64,000 nt of DNA from NCBI GenBank assembly GCA_017427715.1, contig JAFRSF010000026.1, positions 6-64,005 of the forward strand. Direction: 5' to 3'. The notes beneath the pieces were generated by a model, which did no database searches, was not told where the DNA came from, and worked only from the letters and a program-made list of their open reading frames with translations. Position numbers and translations under genes: made by a program. Origin of the DNA: Alphaproteobacteria bacterium. GTDB lineage: Bacteria > Pseudomonadota > Alphaproteobacteria > Rs-D84. Below, one piece after another: positions 45,908 through 55,844 of the stretch. Positions within the stretch are counted from its first letter, which is position 1. Each line of letters starts with the position of its first letter.

Positions 45908-47473
45908 TTATTCTTCATCTTTTTCATCACCAGTATCATTGTCTATCGCTGTTACCAATCCTGCCTTGGTTCGTAGTTTCTGTTCCTTGGCTCGCTGGAT
46001 GTGTTTTGTTTCCCATGATCCACCTGTGATCTGCGCGGTTTCTTCTTCCAAAGTCGAAACGCCCAAATCCACCCGATATGCTGCGGCTCGGATTTCTTTC
46101 AATTGGTCAATCTGGCCCCTTGGTGGTCCGATCCATTCGGCACCAAGATATGCGGCCCGGACAAATGGGTCTGAAAAAAATCCTGGTGCATCCAGGAATC
46201 CTTTCGCTATTGCCTCGCTGATAACCATTTCATATACTGGTTGGCAAAATTGGTTTGCCATCCATGTCCGTCTGGCACTGAATGTTTTCCATGCCTCGAC
46301 CAATGCTGCTTGCGCTGCTGAATAACTTGATGTGAAATGCTTGATCAATATTTCAAATGGCAATTCCAATGCTACACCAATTTGCCGCAATATCGATTGA
46401 ACAAATCCATCAAATGATTGGTTCGGTCTTTTCGGATCTGCAATCTCAATCGCCTCATTCGGTTGTAAATCCAGAATGGCCCCGGGCGACAATTTATAAT
46501 CGCTGTTGCGTGGTGCTGCGGCTGTTTCTGTACCGGACATTGGTACCATCGGCTGCAATCCCTCTTCAGATTCTGTTTTTACAAATATCGTGAACATGGA
46601 TGATATCACTGCGGCCATGATTTCGGCCTCGGTGTATCTGTCCAATTGTTTCAAACTCTCGATCACTGGTGCCAAATATGGCACGCCCCGGGTCATTCCT
46701 GGTCTGTTTCTATTGAATACATGTAAAACCTGTCTGTATCCATTTTCATCAAACGCCGGAATCTTTGCATATTCCAGCGCACCTTGGTCATAATCATCTG
46801 GATGATGGTTTGCAATATGATAGGCAACTGGTGCGCCGTCATCATCCATTTCAATGCCAGCAATGATTTTATCGTTTGTTTGATCTGGATCTGCAACCCT
46901 GTCTGCCTCAACAATTTGAATTGCTGTTCCAAATGGTGTTCCTGGATGTTCTTTGTATTTCCGCAATGCGAAAACATCGCCAGATTCCAAACATGAACGC
47001 AAAACCAATGCTTGCATCTCTGCAAAGTTTTGGCATCTGGTTATGTCGCAATCTCTATTTGATGCCCATATTTGAAAAATGCGTTCTGCTTTGTTTTCCC
47101 ATTCTTCCATCGCATCATCGGTTTTCAAATATGGTCGCAGAACATTGCGGTCAACATGCGCCTGTGGTTTCAATCCTGTTCCGATAACATTGGTCACAAC
47201 TGTGCTGACCGCCCCAACTGCCAATGGGGCATTGCGCAATAAATCCCTGGAACGATCGCGTAGCACTGGCAAATCATCCAATGTCACATTATTCCCGGAT
47301 CCTTTGACCGGACTCCAGCTTTGTGTCTGGCGGCGGCTTTTGCTGGCACCGGTATATCCGCCCAGCATTGCCATCTGGGTGCGTGCCTGCCACCGTTTTA
47401 ATCCAGCTTGTGGCGATATCCATGAAATTGCTTTGTCCACAAATGTTTGTGGTGGTATTTTAATTTTGCTCAT
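45908..47473 (-). CDS. Portal protein (lambda gpB family)
   Basis: The N-terminal pattern AISWISPQAGLKRWQAR...LDDLPVLRDRSRDLLRNAP fits, and it lies after W and TerL. Confidence 0.85.
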   Translation of the reverse strand: MSKIKIPPQTFVDKAISWISPQAGLKRWQARTQMAMLGGYTGASKSRRQTQSWSPVKGSGNNVTLDDLPVLRDRSRDLLRNAPLAVGAVSTVVTNVIGTGLKPQAHVDRNVLRPYLKTDDAMEEWENKAERIFQIWASNRDCDITRCQNFAEMQALVLRSCLESGDVFALRKYKEHPGTPFGTAIQIVEADRVADPDQTNDKIIAGIEMDDDGAPVAYHIANHHPDDYDQGALEYAKIPAFDENGYRQVLHVFNRNRPGMTRGVPYLAPVIESLKQLDRYTEAEIMAAVISSMFTIFVKTESEEGLQPMVPMSGTETAAAPRNSDYKLSPGAILDLQPNEAIEIADPKRPNQSFDGFVQSILRQIGVALELPFEILIKHFTSSYSAAQAALVEAWKTFSARRTWMANQFCQPVYEMVISEAIAKGFLDAPGFFSDPFVRAAYLGAEWIGPPRGQIDQLKEIRAAAYRVDLGVSTLEEETAQITGGSWETKHIQRAKEQKLRTKAGLVTAIDNDTGDEKDEE

Positions 47474-47484
47474 TGTTCATCCGT

Positions 47485-47703
47485 TTATACTGGTGTGGCA
47501 CCGCGAACTGGAATGCCGCCGCGTTTTTTTAATGCGATTTGTTTTTGAAGATATTCCTCTCTGGCCTGTAATGCTGATAGGTCTGCTTTCCTAACTTTTT
47601 GATTGTTATATGATGCCTCTTGCGCACCGGTTAGGATCGCAGTGATTGCCTCTTGCACTTCGACCAATTGTTCTTCATAGGTTTTAATTCTTATCGTTGT
47701 CAT
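47485..47703 (-). CDS. Head-tail joining protein W (lambda gpW family)
   Basis: A 72-aa protein with YEEQLVEVQEAITAILTGAQEASY, located between TerL and the portal gene. Confidence 0.7.
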   Translation of the reverse strand: MTTIRIKTYEEQLVEVQEAITAILTGAQEASYNNQKVRKADLSALQAREEYLQKQIALKKRGGIPVRGATPV

Positions 47704-49592
47704 TCTATCCCCCGACTACGTACTGTTCTGCCGCGTGGTTGGATCGCCACTATTGGCTCGGGCCGCTTTTGTTCTTGAACAACCACAGGTTTGTGGGGTT
47801 GTTTCATTTTCATTTCGGCCAATTTGTCTGCGCCAAGATCCAGATTCAACCGGAAATTTCGGACCAATCCTCGCAATGCTGCATATGCATAAACGCGGCA
47901 ATCTAATCCCTCGGTTCGCACACCGTTCTTGCGTGGAACCCATTCCCGGATCAATCGTCCTTTGCTCAATTTCTTTGATGCAACCTCATTGGTTATTTGT
48001 TCAAACCAATCAGATTCTCGATCCATCGGGAAATGCCAGATGCCTGGTCCGCTACTGTCTTCCAAATGTAATCGCCGCATCAATGTATCTTTCGCATCAT
48101 TAACCCCGATCAAATAAACCGGTTTCTTGGTATTGTTGCTTTTGCTGGCTGTTGCTGGCCAAATTGGTTTTCCAACTCCGCCAACGCCCTTGATGGCAAA
48201 TACCCCATGCAATCGCCTTGCATGGCAATAATTGATCACATAATCTGTGTAGTGTCCGCCGCTATCGATGCATGTTGCTGCAATCGATAAATCTGGAACA
48301 TCTTTGCTATGTGAATATTTGCGACTCAAAACCTCATCCAATTGCGCCCACAATTCTGGTGTGCTTGGATCGCCATACAGAACTTGGTAATCAATTGACC
48401 ATGATTCTTCGCCGCGCCCCCATCCAACAATTTCCAATTCTAAACGGTTGTCTTGAACGTCCACGCCACAGGTCAATATCACAACCTGTCGTGGCAATTC
48501 TGGCCCCCATTTTTCTCTGCGAACCATCAAACTTGTCGGATCTATTTGCTGTCCGGCCATGTCTTCCCATGTTTCGGCCAGCTTTGTATTGGTCCATACT
48601 TGAAGTCGTGATGGATCATTTTTGGAATCCAAAAATTCTCTCGCAATACTCGTCCAACTGGTCCACCCATGCGGTGAATAAAGCGATGATAAATGAAATG
48701 AAACAACCCCGGAATTAACATTCGGTTTTGATGCAATCCATTTGCCTTTTTTAAGAATTTGTTCCTTTTCGTAATCGTGCCAAATCGCCTCACATTTTTC
48801 GCATTTATAAACTGCCTCTGTTAGGTTCTTTGGATCGAATATCACATTGCGCCATCGCAGCACTTGGAAATATCCACAATGCGGACATGGCACATGATAA
48901 TATCTTTGATCGCCCTCCAAAAATGCTTGCTCGATGCGGCTTGCATCTTTGATGGTCGGTGTTGATACCATGAAAATCTTGCGATTATTGAACGTTGCCG
49001 TTCTTTGTACTGCAAGATCCACTGGGTCGCCCTCGGTTCCGGCCTCATCTGGGAAGCCGTCTACCTCGTCCAGAAACAAATAACGAACAGGAAGTGATCG
49101 TAATCCGACCGGGGAATTCGCGCCGGTCAAGATCAAGATTCCACCCGGAAATTCTTTCATCAACATCGTGTTGCCACTGTCACGTGAACGTGGGCTTTTA
49201 ATTCTGTCGCGCAATACCGGGCAATTTTCTATTGCCGGATCAATGCGCATTCTGGATGTTCTTTTGGCCGTTTCTGTTGTTGGATTTACAATCAACATTG
49301 GCCCTGGTGCATTGCAGACGCAGAATCCCATCCAATTGTTTCCGCATTCTGTTCCGCCTACCTGTGCGCCTTTCATAAAAACAACCCTTTCACATGGGTG
49401 TTTGGGCGACAGGCAGTCCATAATCTCTTTCAAATATGGTGTCCTTTCGGTTTGCCATTTGCCTGGCTCGCTGCTCGACACACTGGATAGGAATCTATAT
49501 TCATCCGCCCATTCGGTAACTGTCTGAATTGGATCTCGTGCCAAGCCGTCAATTATTAAACAATTCGTCAAATTTTCATGATTGATTTCCAC
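47700..49592 (-). CDS. Terminase large subunit (lambda gpA family)
   Basis: WADEYRFLS...GKWQTERTPYLKEIMD...MKGAQVGGTE (Walker A-like); 630 aa. Confidence 0.9.
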   Translation of the reverse strand: MEINHENLTNCLIIDGLARDPIQTVTEWADEYRFLSSVSSSEPGKWQTERTPYLKEIMDCLSPKHPCERVVFMKGAQVGGTECGNNWMGFCVCNAPGPMLIVNPTTETAKRTSRMRIDPAIENCPVLRDRIKSPRSRDSGNTMLMKEFPGGILILTGANSPVGLRSLPVRYLFLDEVDGFPDEAGTEGDPVDLAVQRTATFNNRKIFMVSTPTIKDASRIEQAFLEGDQRYYHVPCPHCGYFQVLRWRNVIFDPKNLTEAVYKCEKCEAIWHDYEKEQILKKGKWIASKPNVNSGVVSFHLSSLYSPHGWTSWTSIAREFLDSKNDPSRLQVWTNTKLAETWEDMAGQQIDPTSLMVRREKWGPELPRQVVILTCGVDVQDNRLELEIVGWGRGEESWSIDYQVLYGDPSTPELWAQLDEVLSRKYSHSKDVPDLSIAATCIDSGGHYTDYVINYCHARRLHGVFAIKGVGGVGKPIWPATASKSNNTKKPVYLIGVNDAKDTLMRRLHLEDSSGPGIWHFPMDRESDWFEQITNEVASKKLSKGRLIREWVPRKNGVRTEGLDCRVYAYAALRGLVRNFRLNLDLGADKLAEMKMKQPHKPVVVQEQKRPEPIVAIQPRGRTVRSRGIE

Positions 49593-50058
49593 GTAAACAA
49601 CTCGTTAAAACTTCCAAGAATGATTCAAATTCTTTGGTTAAAATTTGTTCTATTTCGGCAATATCTGTCTTCCCGATTATTTGCGATGCGATCTTATGCG
49701 GTGCGCCCATCCATCTATCCCGGGCCGCACGTGCCGCATTGAAAACATCCGTTTCGACTTCTGCTCGCGGAATTAACTTTCCAATCCGTTCATCGTAATC
49801 CAGCTTTTTTAACATCAAGTCCAATGTTTCTCGCTTGTCCCGGGTGGAATGCGAAACTGGATTTCCTCGATCTTCATTTTTGTATACTGGGGCCAAATAT
49901 TCGTGCTTGGTGTTCTCATCCCACTCTTTATCGGCAATCTCTGGATCGATCATGCCATCGATGGTTGTTATCCGTTTGGTTGCAATCGCATTGCGAACGG
50001 CTTTATCGTCAACACCTCTATGTTTTGCATATTCACGCCTTGATAATAACATATTCAT
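49576..50058 (-). CDS. Terminase small subunit
   Basis: An N-terminal HTH (LSRREYAKHRGVDDKAVRNAI). Its 3' end overlaps the TerL start. Confidence 0.65.
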   Translation of the reverse strand: MNMLLSRREYAKHRGVDDKAVRNAIATKRITTIDGMIDPEIADKEWDENTKHEYLAPVYKNEDRGNPVSHSTRDKRETLDLMLKKLDYDERIGKLIPRAEVETDVFNAARAARDRWMGAPHKIASQIIGKTDIAEIEQILTKEFESFLEVLTSCLRGNQS

Positions 50059-50064
50059 TTTCCT

Positions 50065-51384
50065 TTATTGTTCTTGTGATAATTCATTGAATGTTTTGCC
50101 GGTTGCTTGATGTATCGCATCTCTGCCTGTGAATTCCTGCCATCTTCTGATCGTGGTATCCACATATTTTTCTTCGATTTCTATCATCCTGCAACGGCGG
50201 TGTGTTTTCTCGGCTGCAATCATTGTTGAACCAGATCCGCCGAAACAATCCAAAACGATATCGGATACTCTGCTTGAATTGTTGATTGCTCGTTCAATCA
50301 AAGCCACCGGTTTCATTGTTGGATGCAAATAATTGTTTGTTGGTTTGTCGAAATTCCAAACATCCGTTTGGCTGCGACCACCAAACCATGGGATTTCGCA
50401 TGGGCAATCTTTGCGCCCAACCATTACATCTTCATGGATTTCTTTGTATGGCGGTTCTTCTGGATCTAATTCGCCAAATAAAATCCATTCATTTTTGTGT
50501 TGGTATCTTGCCCGGGTTAATGAAAAACTATTCTTAACCCAAACAATGTATGCCTCCCATCTGCCACCGGCTGCCTCGAATGCCTCACGCAATGTATGCA
50601 ATTCGGCGCAACTCATGCAGATATAACTGGATCCCTTGGTGTAATTCAAAATATTCGTTACTGCTTTCAGTAAGAAATTATAAAATTCATGACCCAAATT
50701 ATCGTTCTTGATTGATCGATCCCGATTGGCATTTTTATCCGCAACGCTGCCACTGTATGCAACATTGTATGGTGGATCTGTAAATGTCATCGTTGCTTTT
50801 TCATCGCCCATCAACTTTTCAAAATTCTCTGGCAAACATGCATCGCCGCATAACAATTTATGTTCGCCAAGAATCCAAATATCGCCTTGTTTTGAAATGT
50901 ATTTATCCTGTGATTCCGGAACAATATCTTCAATTGCTGCGGCCTCGATTTCGCTTTCAAATTCCGCGGTGTATTTTTCCAATTCTTTTGTTGTGAATCC
51001 AAGAACCGTTAAATCAAATTCTTCATCATGCAATTGTTGCAAAATATCTTGCAACTTTTCATCATCCCATCCGGCATTTTCTGTGATGCGGTTGTCTGCA
51101 ACCAATAATCCCAATTTTTCTTTTTCAGACAAATGGCATAATTTTGCGACTGGAACTTGTCTGTATCCCAATTGCTTGCCGGCCATCAACCTGCCATGAC
51201 CTGCGATGATTTCCATATTCTCATCGACCAATATCGGATTGACCCAGCCGAATTTGCGCATTGAATCCGCGATCTGTTGAACCTGTTCGCGATTGTGTGT
51301 GCGCGGATTTCTTGCTGATGGTTTCACCGCATCGATATCAACATATTCGATGTTCAATTGTAAATCTTTGAAATCAATGTTCAT
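50065..51384 (-). CDS. ParB-like nuclease domain fused to N6/N4 DNA methyltransferase
   Basis: The ParB N-domain reads NPRTHNREQV...IIAGHGR. The methyltransferase has motif IV TFTDPPYNV and motif I VLDCFGGSGST. Confidence 0.85.
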   Translation of the reverse strand: MNIDFKDLQLNIEYVDIDAVKPSARNPRTHNREQVQQIADSMRKFGWVNPILVDENMEIIAGHGRLMAGKQLGYRQVPVAKLCHLSEKEKLGLLVADNRITENAGWDDEKLQDILQQLHDEEFDLTVLGFTTKELEKYTAEFESEIEAAAIEDIVPESQDKYISKQGDIWILGEHKLLCGDACLPENFEKLMGDEKATMTFTDPPYNVAYSGSVADKNANRDRSIKNDNLGHEFYNFLLKAVTNILNYTKGSSYICMSCAELHTLREAFEAAGGRWEAYIVWVKNSFSLTRARYQHKNEWILFGELDPEEPPYKEIHEDVMVGRKDCPCEIPWFGGRSQTDVWNFDKPTNNYLHPTMKPVALIERAINNSSRVSDIVLDCFGGSGSTMIAAEKTHRRCRMIEIEEKYVDTTIRRWQEFTGRDAIHQATGKTFNELSQEQ

Positions 51385-51402
51385 GGTTTTCTCTTTTGGT
51401 TG

Positions 51403-51519
51403 GGTGCGGACACATTTTGGTTAGGTGCGGACACATTCAAATGTGTCCGCACCCCAAAATCTTCATTTTGCCGCAGATTTCCGCCACTTTTTGTCGTGGG
51501 TGCGGACTGCGGACACATT
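51403..51519. repeat. Cluster of GGTGCGGACACATT motifs including a perfect 14-bp palindrome; candidate cos/terminase-binding or late-promoter control region
   Basis: Copies are at 51403-51416, 51424-51437, inverted at 51440-51453 (2-bp spacer) and 51508-51519, with a partial GGTGCGGAC at 51499-51507. The cluster lies upstream of the methyltransferase/terminase operon. Confidence 0.6.
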
Positions 51520-51604
51520 TGGCGGTCTGTGTGTAGCAAGGTGGCTTGCTCGCCGTTACCCTCGATCGTTTTTATTTCTGACAGAACCTATTTTTTTCAA
51601 CAAC

Positions 51605-52147
51605 CTATTGTAAATTCTGGGAAAACAACCGGGGAAATTCTGTTTTGGCTACATCTTCGCCAATCTCGATCATCTGTAAACGTTTCGGGACCAGCGCAAC
51701 GTTTTTGATGTGATATAAAATCTCAATGTCTTTGTTTATTCTTCGTGCAATAACCATGCCGCCGGATTTCAATGTCATCAGAAATGAATCCGGCTGATTG
51801 GTTTTCCGGACAGCTTTCAAATTGCGCAGGTCATCGTACTGCGGTATTGCCAACTGTCCGGATTTTGCGACACGTCTGCCGCCTGTCTGCTGCAATGTTG
51901 CGAATCCGGCCATTGTATAAACACTTGCTTGAAGTGTTTGTTTGGTTGCGGAACGGATCTTGATTGATTTCTCAAAATTCGGCTTTCTTAACACAAATGT
52001 GGAATGCAAATGCTGTTTGATTTGTTCCTGTGCCAATTGCGCCGTTTGGGTCAATGATTTTGCAGCAGTAAACAGAACATCTTTTTCGCATAGGGTCATC
52101 AATTTTGCGCTATCCGATGATGATAATTCAAGTTTGATGATTGCCAT
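51605..52147 (-). CDS. Hypothetical phage protein
   Basis: A 180-aa ORF. No clear Shine-Dalgarno precedes it, so the start is uncertain. Confidence 0.45.
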   Translation of the reverse strand: MAIIKLELSSSDSAKLMTLCEKDVLFTAAKSLTQTAQLAQEQIKQHLHSTFVLRKPNFEKSIKIRSATKQTLQASVYTMAGFATLQQTGGRRVAKSGQLAIPQYDDLRNLKAVRKTNQPDSFLMTLKSGGMVIARRINKDIEILYHIKNVALVPKRLQMIEIGEDVAKTEFPRLFSQNLQ

Positions 52148-52293
52148 TTTGCGTATTGAAAAACCGCCTTGCTGGCGGCTTTGTATATCGATGTCCTATT
52201 ATATCGAAAATATTATGTTATTTTTGCAAAAGTGTAAAGTGCTAATTTTTGCGACACTTTTATATTTGACTGGTTTTTCCTAGTTTTTCCTTG

Positions 52294-52710
52294 CTATGAC
52301 ATTAAATATGTTGATATTTTTATATTTGGCTTGCTCAATTTCTTTGCCAGATCTTCAATTGCGTTTTTATAATGCAATGCCACTGATTGCCGGGACAGAT
52401 GAACCTTTTTGCCTATCTTTGTCCAGCTTTTGCCGCAGGCCCGCATCCAAACGATCTTTTTATCTTTGTTGTCGTCTATCAATCTGAACCAGCGCAAAAC
52501 AACTTCTTCCCACATTGATATTTGTTTGTTTGTTGGTTGAAAATGTGGTTCGATATCATCATTCGTATCCCAAAGATATTCGTACCATTCTCTGACTATA
52601 TCCCATTTTTGCCCAACCACTTTTGCTGGTCTTACTGGTGGCAACGATTTATCAACCATTGCTGCGATCTTCAACCATTCTTCAATGATGCTTGGTGTCC
52701 ATATTTCCAT
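52294..52710 (-). CDS. Putative DNA-binding regulator (C-terminal sigma70-region-4/LuxR-like HTH)
   Basis: SWTKIGKKVHLSRQSVALHYKNAIEDLAKKL. It is the last gene of the early operon. Confidence 0.45.
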   Translation of the reverse strand: MEIWTPSIIEEWLKIAAMVDKSLPPVRPAKVVGQKWDIVREWYEYLWDTNDDIEPHFQPTNKQISMWEEVVLRWFRLIDDNKDKKIVWMRACGKSWTKIGKKVHLSRQSVALHYKNAIEDLAKKLSKPNIKISTYLMS

Positions 52711-52712
52711 TG

Positions 52713-53309
52713 TTATCCCTCTTGGCTGCTTTTATAAAATGCATGTTGCTTTTCTATCCAATCCAATAACTGGGCCATATTGATCCATTGACCTTTGCGT
52801 TTCTTTTTTAATGTCTTTTGTGCTGTTTCTATAACTGATGGTGGAAACATTGCCAAGTAATCTTTGAATTTTGGTTGGCATTGAATGACTAAATCGAATG
52901 TGAAATTTTCATCAATTGGAAACTCTGATATGTTTTCAACAGGCATTTCGGCATTTTCAACAGAGTTTTCAACAATTTTTTGTGCATTTCTTCTTTCACT
53001 TCCTTTTAATATTTTTATATTTATATTTTTATTTTCTTCTTTCTCTTCTTCTACTGATGATTTCTGTTGTGATTTCAATATTGAATTCAGACCTGTGCGA
53101 CAAGCTCGATTTAAACTCAACCGCATGCATTTTTCTTTGTATTTTTGCTCATCTTTTTCTATCTGTTTTTTCATGTATTTCCAAACACCCAGATCACTAT
53201 CTCGGTTTGGATATTCAAAGATGCACCGCAACAATTCTGCGCATTGCTCATCTGAAAAATCTTTGATAAGTACTGCCAATGCTGGATCTATCAATATTTT
53301 CATGTTCAT
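52713..53309 (-). CDS. Hypothetical phage early protein
   Basis: A 198-aa ORF in the early operon with a central acidic/lysine-rich low-complexity segment. Confidence 0.5.
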   Translation of the reverse strand: MNMKILIDPALAVLIKDFSDEQCAELLRCIFEYPNRDSDLGVWKYMKKQIEKDEQKYKEKCMRLSLNRACRTGLNSILKSQQKSSVEEEKEENKNINIKILKGSERRNAQKIVENSVENAEMPVENISEFPIDENFTFDLVIQCQPKFKDYLAMFPPSVIETAQKTLKKKRKGQWINMAQLLDWIEKQHAFYKSSQEG

Positions 53310-53312
53310 TCC

Positions 53313-53720
53313 TTATTGTTCAAATAATGTTGGTTGTCCGGCTTGTTTTTGCCAATTCACTTTGTATTGCACACAATCTTTGACCTCGGTTATGTAAAAC
53401 AATTCATCGCTTTGTCTGATGGTTTTCGCGTTCTTGGTTATAACAAATCTGTATATCTGAATCTTGCCTTGCAAAAACCAAACGCCATTGTTTGTGATTT
53501 GCCATTCGTTGTGTTCATTGGTTGGTATTGCCAAACCGAAATATCTCAATTTCTGAAAATTTGCGAACTGTGTATTATCCAGATTCATCTTGTCTAATCT
53601 GGCACGACCACCCATCGCATTCAATCTGGCCAAACATGAAACCAATGTTTTATTCATGGTGTGTTTGTATTCAACCAATTTGTGGCCACACATGGGGCAT
53701 ATAGAAACATTATTTTTCAT
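53313..53720 (-). CDS. Zinc-finger-containing phage early protein
   Basis: I chose the start at 53720 (MKNNVSICPMCGHKL). It contains a CxxC...C pattern. Confidence 0.5.
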   Translation of the reverse strand: MKNNVSICPMCGHKLVEYKHTMNKTLVSCLARLNAMGGRARLDKMNLDNTQFANFQKLRYFGLAIPTNEHNEWQITNNGVWFLQGKIQIYRFVITKNAKTIRQSDELFYITEVKDCVQYKVNWQKQAGQPTLFEQ

Positions 53721-53952
53721 CGTTGCCCCCTTTATTTTTATCCATCCGCGTGAATGAATTGAAAAACGTTCTTGTTTGTTCGTATTCTTGAACGGCTCTG
53801 CGTGGATACAAAACCCGGCCACCAATCTTCAAATATATCGGTCCACCTCCACATGAACGCCATTTTCGTAAAGTCGCTTGGTTGATTCCCCAATATTCAG
53901 AAAGATCTTTTTCTGTAAGCATGATCTTTTTTAATATCACATCGTCATCCAT
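53710..53952 (-). CDS. Excisionase-family HTH protein, first gene of the early operon (Cox/Cro-like by position)
   Basis: LTEKDLSEYWGINQATLRKWRSCGGGPIYLKIGGRVLYPRRAVQEYE. I chose the ATG at 53952; the longer listed ORF runs through the operator repeats. Confidence 0.6.
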   Translation of the reverse strand: MDDDVILKKIMLTEKDLSEYWGINQATLRKWRSCGGGPIYLKIGGRVLYPRRAVQEYEQTRTFFNSFTRMDKNKGGNDEK

Positions 53953-54039
53953 CGTAAAATTCCTTGCTTTTGGTTGTTTTTGCTTGCTTTCACTTGTTTT
54001 AACTGTACGAACATAATTTGCGTTTGTCGGTGGGGACTT

Positions 54040-54123
54040 TGAACGGAGATTGATGCCATCTGGTGTGGCATGGTGTGGCGATGGTGTGGCAAGTGAACGG
54101 AGCTTGTAGCCTTTTGGTGTGGC
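54040..54123. promoter_or_regulatory. Direct-repeat operator/iteron cluster between divergent early genes
   Basis: TGGTGTGGC occurs at 54061, 54071, 54082 and 54115. TGAACGGAG occurs at 54040 and 54094, each ~13-15 bp upstream of a TGGTGTGGC. Confidence 0.55.
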
Positions 54124-54170
54124 ACTTGAATAAACTTGAAACAATCGGTTGTTTTTACTATGATTCAAAC

Positions 54171-54389
54171 ATGGAAAAATTTACTAAGGATTTTATAAGA
54201 TTAAAAATTGATACTGCGATTGAACAAAATCCGGGTGTGCGGCCACTGTGCGTTACTATTGATGGGAAGAATTGTAAGTATATAATTTCCTACGATACTG
54301 TGGATCGTACGGTTACGGGTGTGATAGCCCAATATGCTCATAAAAAACGGCCAATCACTTTATCAGATATCTTGGCTGCAGACCAATAA
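54171..54389 (+). CDS. Small protein divergent from the early operon (immunity-repressor candidate by position only)
   Basis: A 72-aa ORF from the ATG at 54171. It is the only plus-strand gene in the early region. Confidence 0.35.
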   Translation: MEKFTKDFIRLKIDTAIEQNPGVRPLCVTIDGKNCKYIISYDTVDRTVTGVIAQYAHKKRPITLSDILAADQ

Positions 54390-55109
54390 TGGTGTTCCTT
54401 TTGGTGGCAAATTTAATTTGTATTTTCCTGTTTTATCAGATTTGATTATTCGGTGCCAATATCGATTGTGATTGAATATGCTACGTATTCGATCGCTGCT
54501 GGCACCAATGTCAGTCAATATGCGTTTGCCGTACATCCAAGGATTACCATCTTCTCTTGCTTGCCATAATCGCTTGATGACCTTTGCTTGCATTTCGCCA
54601 AACCGATATTCCTTTCCGCACCAAATAAAACAAGTAAAATCATCTGATAGCAGTTTGAATTCGTATTGTTTTTCATTGATATTGCCATGTTTGAATTCAA
54701 AATCTTCAACCTGTGTCATTGGGATTATGAGATCAAAAAAATCCACGCGGAGTGGACTTTCTAGGATTTCTTTCATATCGTAATCGCCGATACGAGCAAT
54801 TTCTATTTTATGTTCTTTGTTTTTGAACATCATATAGATATATCTATGATCTATATGCATGCCAGCTAATTGTCGAACCATAGTGTTATATTTTTCTGGT
54901 GGGGTTCGTGCCAGTGCAACTTCCAGCGCAGCAGGTCGTAAACAGAATCTTATTTTATCGGTTTCGGCCAGGGATTCTATTGTGGAAACTCTGCATTTCC
55001 AACGTTGTGCCAAGTCCTCTATACCCAAGAACTCAACGGGGATGTCCAACCCAGTCATGAACGTCCTTTTGTTGTGTGGTTCTATCAAAAAAGAAAAAGG
55101 GTCACCCAA
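54363..55109 (-). CDS. Hypothetical protein (start uncertain)
   Basis: A 248-aa ORF with no recognised motif, located between the switch region and int. Confidence 0.45.
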   Translation of the reverse strand: MGDPFSFLIEPHNKRTFMTGLDIPVEFLGIEDLAQRWKCRVSTIESLAETDKIRFCLRPAALEVALARTPPEKYNTMVRQLAGMHIDHRYIYMMFKNKEHKIEIARIGDYDMKEILESPLRVDFFDLIIPMTQVEDFEFKHGNINEKQYEFKLLSDDFTCFIWCGKEYRFGEMQAKVIKRLWQAREDGNPWMYGKRILTDIGASSDRIRSIFNHNRYWHRIIKSDKTGKYKLNLPPKGTPLLVCSQDI

Positions 55110-55298
55110 AGGGTAACTCCTTTCCTTATGGTTGCAAAATACAATATGTTTTTTTGATTTGCAATAATAAAAGACGCCTGTAAAAATAAAATCTGGATGG
55201 CTTGATTTTTCTGCTGTTTATGTTATAATATGGCTACTTTCCCCCCATATAAGAAAACTGTCCTAGGTATTGTTTCTTCCTATATTGTTATCAACATT

Positions 55299-55844
55299 TT
55301 ATATTAAAATGCGATTGTTTCCACGATCGTTCTTTTTATGCAGTTTGTCTTGTATGTATCCCCACATAAAATGCATTTCCTCTGTTGTGGTATTCTCTGA
55401 TTCCAACCATGATTCCGGTGTCGGCCATATTTTGCCAGTACCACATCCAACAACGGATATTACAAGTTCTTTTATTTGTCTTTTGCGCATTTCATTTCTT
55501 ATTGCTGCTTTGAATAACTCTCTTTTATCCAGCATGGCAAATGCCATGCTAATGCCATAATGATATGCCCACCATTTGGCCATCTTCAATTTATTCAACA
55601 TTGCGATCTTCATCATCAACACATTTATTGGGATCTCTTCCGGGGCATCCAGCAATTCATCTGCAAAATGTCGCCCAGTTTTCGCATTTAAAAATTCAAA
55701 GATTTCATCTTCCGTTTTGTTGGGATATATTTCTTCTAATTTTTGCGTTACAACATCCCAAATCTTTTGTGTATCTATCGCATTAAAACTATTGTTAATC
55801 GTGCCATAAAATCCAAACTTTTTATTTATTTCTACCATGTTCAA
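55299..55844 (-). CDS. Hypothetical protein
   Basis: A 181-aa ORF that overlaps the upstream gene by 4 nt. Confidence 0.45.
   Translation of the reverse strand: MNMVEINKKFGFYGTINNSFNAIDTQKIWDVVTQKLEEIYPNKTEDEIFEFLNAKTGRHFADELLDAPEEIPINVLMMKIAMLNKLKMAKWWAYHYGISMAFAMLDKRELFKAAIRNEMRKRQIKELVISVVGCGTGKIWPTPESWLESENTTTEEMHFMWGYIQDKLHKKNDRGNNRILI

Noticed and set aside
51400-51708. A 102-aa plus-strand ORF across the GGTGCGGACACATT repeat region
   Set aside because: The ORF is generated by the repeats themselves (the peptide repeats GADTF). It has no start context and lies in an obvious intergenic control region.
51403-54123. Short repeat clusters considered as CRISPR arrays
   Set aside because: The repeats are 9-14 bp with irregular or zero spacers and lie in phage control regions. 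No cas genes are present. No CRISPR-like repeat-spacer periodicity was seen anywhere in the window.
55202-55232. A plus-strand TTGATT-N16-TATAAT promoter-like sequence in the 55110-55298 gap
   Set aside because: No downstream plus-strand ORF or structured RNA is evident, and such matches are expected by chance in AT-rich intergenic DNA. I did not report it as a feature.
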